Source: Wallemia ichthyophaga EXF-994 (lineage: Eukaryota > Fungi > Basidiomycota). From it: a DNA stretch of 62,000 nucleotides. The notes beneath the pieces are model-generated. The model had not been told where the DNA came from. It saw only the letters and a program-made list of their open reading frames with translations, and did no database searches. The translations under genes and the position numbers were made by a program. Shown piece after piece: positions 57,858 to 62,000 of this stretch. Every line of letters begins with the position of its first letter. Position 1 is the first letter of the stretch. The stretch is taken from NCBI RefSeq assembly GCF_000400465.1, contig NW_008806277.1, forward strand, positions 300,001-362,000, in the 5' to 3' direction.

Positions 57858-58955
57858 TTAAACTGGAGGTTGTGGTACAGATTGCATAGCGGCGTTCATT
57901 TCTTCAGGAGTCATTGTGGTTGATTCTAACATGATACCGACACCAAATTTGGAAGCATTCTTGAGATGATCAATTTCGCCTGCGACCAAGAAAGCGAATG
58001 CAGGAGTGAATCTTTGCTCGAGCAAGGCTGAAACTTTTCCGGTTGAATCAAGTTGACCTCTGAAAGAAGCCATTCTGAAGTCATACTTTGCACCTAAGCT
58101 AGCATTTGCTTCCTTGCCTTGAGGTCTGTTGATAACTTGTAAAGTGGCAGCAGCGTCAACTTTATCGGACAATTTGTGGTGGTAAGTAGCTTCGAGCATT
58201 CCAGAGGGGTTAATTTGAGCGGTAGCCAACCAGTCCCTGTTTGAGCCATTCAATCTAACCAAATAAGAAGTCAAGGATTCAGAGACGCCCGGTTGAGGTC
58301 TTTGGAGGAGGGTTTCGAGGCCGAGGGCGATGTTTGGAGTGAGAGATTGGAGGTAGCTACCAATGTAAATACCAGTACCATCAATCATGGAAGGATTCAT
58401 AGCTTTACCGTTGAGGGAATAGTCTAAACCTTGATAGTCATGCTCTAATTGGATCATGGATTGACCAGGAACTTCAGAAAGCTGAGCTTGAACCTTTCCA
58501 GTACCGAGGTTAGCGAAGGATTGATTGGCGCGTCCAGTGAGGGTACCTGTGTGATCAACAGCACCTTGTAAGAAAGACTTTGCGTCTGCGTAGACTGCGC
58601 CGAAAGAGTAGTTTGGAGGGGATTGTTGAGAGCCCAGAGCGAAAGAGTGGGTGACTTGGAAAGCGGGGTTTAAGGAAATACCCTTTGTAAGATCAGCTCT
58701 AGCGCCGTCAAAGATGAAATTAGAGAGGAGCGTAGTTTTGGCTTCTCTGCCCATAGCTTCAGCGGTACCAGGGTTACCTAAGCTAAGGGATTTCCTCCAA
58801 TTCATGAATCTATTGTAGGTGGATGAGATAGGGCTGAGTGCGGCGGCAGCAGCAGATTTCTGTGGCTGCTGTTGCTGTGTATCGTGGTGGACCTCTGACT
58901 GGGTAAGAACCGGGGCTGCTTCACCTGGAGCGACTTGTTGGACTGGCGTGGTCAT
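57858..58955 (-). CDS. TOM40: Mitochondrial import channel Tom40
   Basis: LGNPGTAEAMGREAK, FDGARADLTK..SLNPAFQVTHSF, QLEHDYQGLDYSLNGKAMNP and FRGQLDSTGKVSALLEQR; single exon. Confidence 0.95.
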   Translation of the reverse strand: MTTPVQQVAPGEAAPVLTQSEVHHDTQQQQPQKSAAAAALSPISSTYNRFMNWRKSLSLGNPGTAEAMGREAKTTLLSNFIFDGARADLTKGISLNPAFQVTHSFALGSQQSPPNYSFGAVYADAKSFLQGAVDHTGTLTGRANQSFANLGTGKVQAQLSEVPGQSMIQLEHDYQGLDYSLNGKAMNPSMIDGTGIYIGSYLQSLTPNIALGLETLLQRPQPGVSESLTSYLVRLNGSNRDWLATAQINPSGMLEATYHHKLSDKVDAAATLQVINRPQGKEANASLGAKYDFRMASFRGQLDSTGKVSALLEQRFTPAFAFLVAGEIDHLKNASKFGVGIMLESTTMTPEEMNAAMQSVPQPPV

Positions 58956-59095
58956 ATTCGTAATAAAATCTAAATTTTTATATTCCTCGTCGCCGTTTAT
59001 TGTGAAGGCGATTAAGCTGTGGTGGTTTTCTGCAATTTTTAAAATATCAGACAAGGCTATTAAATTACTAGTGTAAGCTGCAAATTACTAGGAAT

Positions 59096-59683
59096 ATGTC
59101 TGCGTGTCTATCTTTCGTTAGAAATGTACTTGAATCGAGTTTGAAAAATATGGGACATGATTGGAGTGTGTTTGGTACACGCAATGGCACACACTCTGTA
59201 ATCTCTGCAAAGCCTGGATTCGTGCACCTGCGATTTATCGTCGATAAGCATAACTTGAATAGGCAGGGCTCTCTAAACGGCGGCTGTATTGCTTCTTTGA
59301 TCGACAGCGCTGGCTCGTTGGCTGTGTCCTCTCATGGTCTCTACTTCACCGGTGTATCCACTGACATGAGCCAAACATTCGTCAAGCCAATCCCATATGA
59401 TCAACCCGTTGAGATATACGCAACTGCTGCTAGCCTCGGTAGGACAATGGCCTTTACTAGAGTTGAGTTTTGCGATTCAAGTGATTCGCGTCGAGTTATG
59501 GCTTTTGGAGGGAAGTAATTAGTATACTAGTACAAACGCCTAACACTCACCACAGGCCACACAAAATACATTGCAAACAGTCAAGGCCAAGAGGTATGCA
59601 AATTTTCATCATTACAAATGTCTGCTCACATGACACGACAGGGTAACGTAAAGTTTAGTGAGGATGGTGAGAGTACTTTGTAA
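59096..59683 (+). CDS. Hotdog-fold PaaI/ACOT13-like acyl-CoA thioesterase, three exons
   Basis: NLNRQGSLNGGCIASLID, GVSTDMSQTFV, LGRTMAFTRVEF and MAFG|GHTKYI...NVKFSEDG. Confidence 0.82.
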
Positions 59684-59707
59684 GAGTTTATAATCAAGAA
59701 ATAATCA

Positions 59708-60607
59708 TCAGTCCTTTCGAAGCCTATCTAATCTGGCTTGTAAGCTGTCTTCGTCGGTTTTAGTTTGAGTTGAAGTGGTGGCTTGGGTGGTTGTAGTGGG
59801 GTTAGCAGCGCCAGCACCAGCACCAGCACCAGCACTGCCGCTCAATCCCTCAGCCATCGGCGTCTTTTTGTTTTTATCTGCGCCAGTATCGACGTCCAAA
59901 GTATCAGGCGTATTTGCGAGTTGTTGATTGAGAGTAACGCCAATGTCATCGAGTACCTGGCCAACGATCTTCTCCTCCTCCTCTTCACCTTGATCATCCT
60001 CCATAACGTCGTCAACAGCGTCAGACATAATTTCCTCTTTCATGTCCATTGAGGATGATTCACGTTCGAAATCGTTCATGATACGGGTAATTTGAGGGAG
60101 GTTGAGACTTCTATTCATCATAGCCATGCTCTGGTGGTGTGATAAGAAAGATGACGACATGAAAGCTATCAACACACCTTTGTTGCACCTTTCATAGCCT
60201 CAGACATTTGCTGATTCGATCTGAGTGTTTGGATACGCAGACTAACAGCTTGTAACTGAGTGCGCATCTGATAAAACTTCTGGATGTATTTCCTAGTCCG
60301 AACGAGATCCTTGGCCATGAGTTTGGTTGGTGCCTGGAGGATGTGTTGAGTGAGTGTCTACAGGGGATAAACAAGTACCTACCATTTGACCATTCTTGGC
60401 GCTCTTCTTAATATCGCTGATCAATTTGCTCTCCTGTCCCTCCAGCTTGCCACGCTCTCTGTCCAACTCGCGCTGAGCTTTCTCCAGTGCACGCTGATGC
60501 CGTCTCAGCCGTTCTTGGGGAGTGAGTGATTTACCAAATAAACTTTCCTATAGGTTTTATGAGTTTTTCCATTTTTACTTTTTATTTCAACCTACGATTA
60601 TATTCAT
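59708..60607 (-). CDS. DID4: ESCRT-III subunit Did4/Vps2 (CHMP2A), multi-exon with a 12-nt first exon
   Basis: MNII|ESLFGKSLTPQERLRRHQRALEKAQRELDRER, MAKDLVRTRKYIQKFYQMRTQLQAVSLRIQ and MIM-like end EDSLQARLDRLRKD*. Confidence 0.93.
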
Positions 60608-60634
60608 TGTGGTTGTTGATTGATAACGAGTGTC

Positions 60635-61270
60635 ATGACTGCTATTTGCATTTATTCCGGCAGCTCAGACGGTTCTACTCCGATATACAAAGACGTTGCC
60701 CGGCAAATTGGTTCTACGCTTGCCGCACACAACATTCCACTCGTTTACGGCGGCGGTGACGGTGGTCTGATGGGTCAAGTAGCCCGTAGTGCGCTGAGCA
60801 GCGGTGGACACGTCACGGGCATCATACCGCGCGCGATGGTGGCTGTGGGCGAGAAGGGTGAGCGCGGCAGCACCAGCCATACCACTCTCCCCTCCCACCC
60901 AAACCTCGACTCTATCGTCGTCGATAGCATGCACGAGCGCAAACTGGCCATGGCTCACCGTTCCTCCTCTTTCATCGCCCTTCCTGGTGGTTTCGGCACT
61001 TTCGAAGAACTCCTCGAGGTGACCACGTGGTCTCAATTGAATATCCACGCCAAGGCGGTCATCGCCGTCAATGTAGATGGCTTCTTCAACCCCCTCAAGC
61101 ACCTCATCGCTTCCGCTGTTGACGCCGGTTTCATAAGCAGCAAGAACGCTCATCTCATCCACTTTCTGGATCATCCCCTCGATGGTGACTGGGGCTTGGC
61201 TGCTATAGACGCTTGCAAAAACTACTCACCCACTGGCGAAGAGTATGCCTTTGATTGGTCGCGGGTGTGA
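60635..61270 (+). CDS. LOG-family nucleotide 5'-monophosphate phosphoribohydrolase (cytokinin-activating/lysine decarboxylase-like)
   Basis: MTAICIYSGSS, LVYGGG..GLMG, SMHERKLAM and the hallmark LPGGFGTFEELLE (PGGxGTxxE). Confidence 0.92.
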   Translation: MTAICIYSGSSDGSTPIYKDVARQIGSTLAAHNIPLVYGGGDGGLMGQVARSALSSGGHVTGIIPRAMVAVGEKGERGSTSHTTLPSHPNLDSIVVDSMHERKLAMAHRSSSFIALPGGFGTFEELLEVTTWSQLNIHAKAVIAVNVDGFFNPLKHLIASAVDAGFISSKNAHLIHFLDHPLDGDWGLAAIDACKNYSPTGEEYAFDWSRV

Positions 61271-61365
61271 GGTTGAGACATTTTTTTTTTTCTAAGACAT
61301 AACATGTATTCTAAGATAAATAGATATTCATTTGGTCACTTGGGTGAACACCAGAAAATACTACA

Positions 61366-62000
61366 CTACGTCGTCGTTGTCTTGAACACCCGGCTCACCT
61401 TGTTCGTCGTCACAGCAGCACCGACGCCGACAGCGAGGAGGAGAGCGCCATCCGAGGCGAGTAGGGCGACGGCCGCGAGCATAAAGCGAGGAGCGAAGAC
61501 CTGCGACAAGTTACAGTTAGGTAAAGTTATTCCGCAAAATCGAGCAGCCATCGCCACCACATCTACCCACCTTCCACACCATAAGATGTCTACGGAAGTA
61601 TCCCGCTGCCCCCATGGCCGCGAGAGCTATAGCTGAGTGATAAGCCAGGAAAGCGCAAGCGGTGCGCAAGAGATGTGTATCCAACGGCGCGCTCCCATTC
61701 ACTCTCGGCGCCCTCTTCCAGTAGATGAGCAGAGGGAGGAAGGTAGCCGGCAAGACGAATCCAGCGAGGGTGTTCGCACCAACGAGGAGAGGCGCATAAG
61801 GATAAGACAGTGTAGGGAAACCCACAAACGCCGCCTTCCACTGCAGTGTGCTCAGTACAGCCTGGTGGCCGGTAGCGTAGAAAACGAGATGACCAAGTTG
61901 AGCCAGCCAAGCCGCACGCCAGAATGGCGGTGAAGGGGTGGGTGGTGTGCTCATTGCACCGTTTGCTCCCTTTTTGTAGCGCTGTGGACGTCGGATTAGC
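61366..62000 (-). CDS. GPI13: GPI ethanolamine-phosphate transferase 3 (Gpi13/PIG-O), 3' part only
   Basis: LGHLVFYATGHQAVLSTLQWKAAFVG and FRRHLMVWK|VFAPRFM are conserved C-terminal Gpi13 motifs; the gene begins beyond the window. Confidence 0.88.

Noticed and set aside
60665-61174. 169-aa minus-strand ORF
   Set aside because: Antisense to LOG, whose family motifs are clear.
47224-61270. Possible functional cluster of AA5 oxidase, ferric reductase, thioesterase and LOG
   Set aside because: Interleaved with KHA1, NUG1, TOM40 and DID4; no backbone synthase or shared regulatory motif was seen.
1-62000. Transposons, CRISPR arrays, rRNA, prokaryotic operons
   Set aside because: No transposase, reverse transcriptase, LTR/TSD, spaced direct-repeat array or rRNA signature was seen; genes are intron-containing eukaryotic loci.

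Overview
Eukaryotic (fungal) genomic DNA. It is extremely gene-dense, with many short (~35-80 nt) GT-AG introns carrying CTAAC/CTGAC-type branch sites. By manual splicing I support about 35 protein-coding genes and one intron-containing tRNA-Met(CAT). Most are housekeeping genes: UTP21, CK2 beta, RPL6, SRS2-like helicase, PUF6, RPN13, HAP5, ARP10-like, GT15 mannosyltransferase, RAD1/XPF, an AGC kinase, cullin-3, peroxiredoxin, HIS6, a PPR protein, HOT/ADHFE1, RTC3, SPC1, prephenate dehydratase, NEM1, FAP7/AK6, RPN6, an AA5 copper radical oxidase, KHA1, NUG1, a ferric reductase, TOM40, a PaaI thioesterase, DID4/VPS2, LOG and GPI13. There is also an acidic class I hydrophobin. The protein style, compaction and hydrophobin suggest a basidiomycete of the Wallemia type; this is inference and no search was run. 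I found no transposon, CRISPR array or biosynthetic cluster. The most unusual signal is genome architecture. Divergent start codons lie only 18-66 nt apart and convergent stops as little as 5 nt apart. The cullin-3 stop sits exactly 21 nt, in frame, before a kinase start, with a 6-codon uORF overlapping that start. Other leads are a prephenate dehydratase lacking the ACT domain with both conserved motifs altered, a hidden three-exon orphan gene, and a ~2.3 kb ORF-free island containing a 17-bp hairpin and a 21-nt intron-like element. All gene models were spliced by eye, so exon edges and some starts are approximate.
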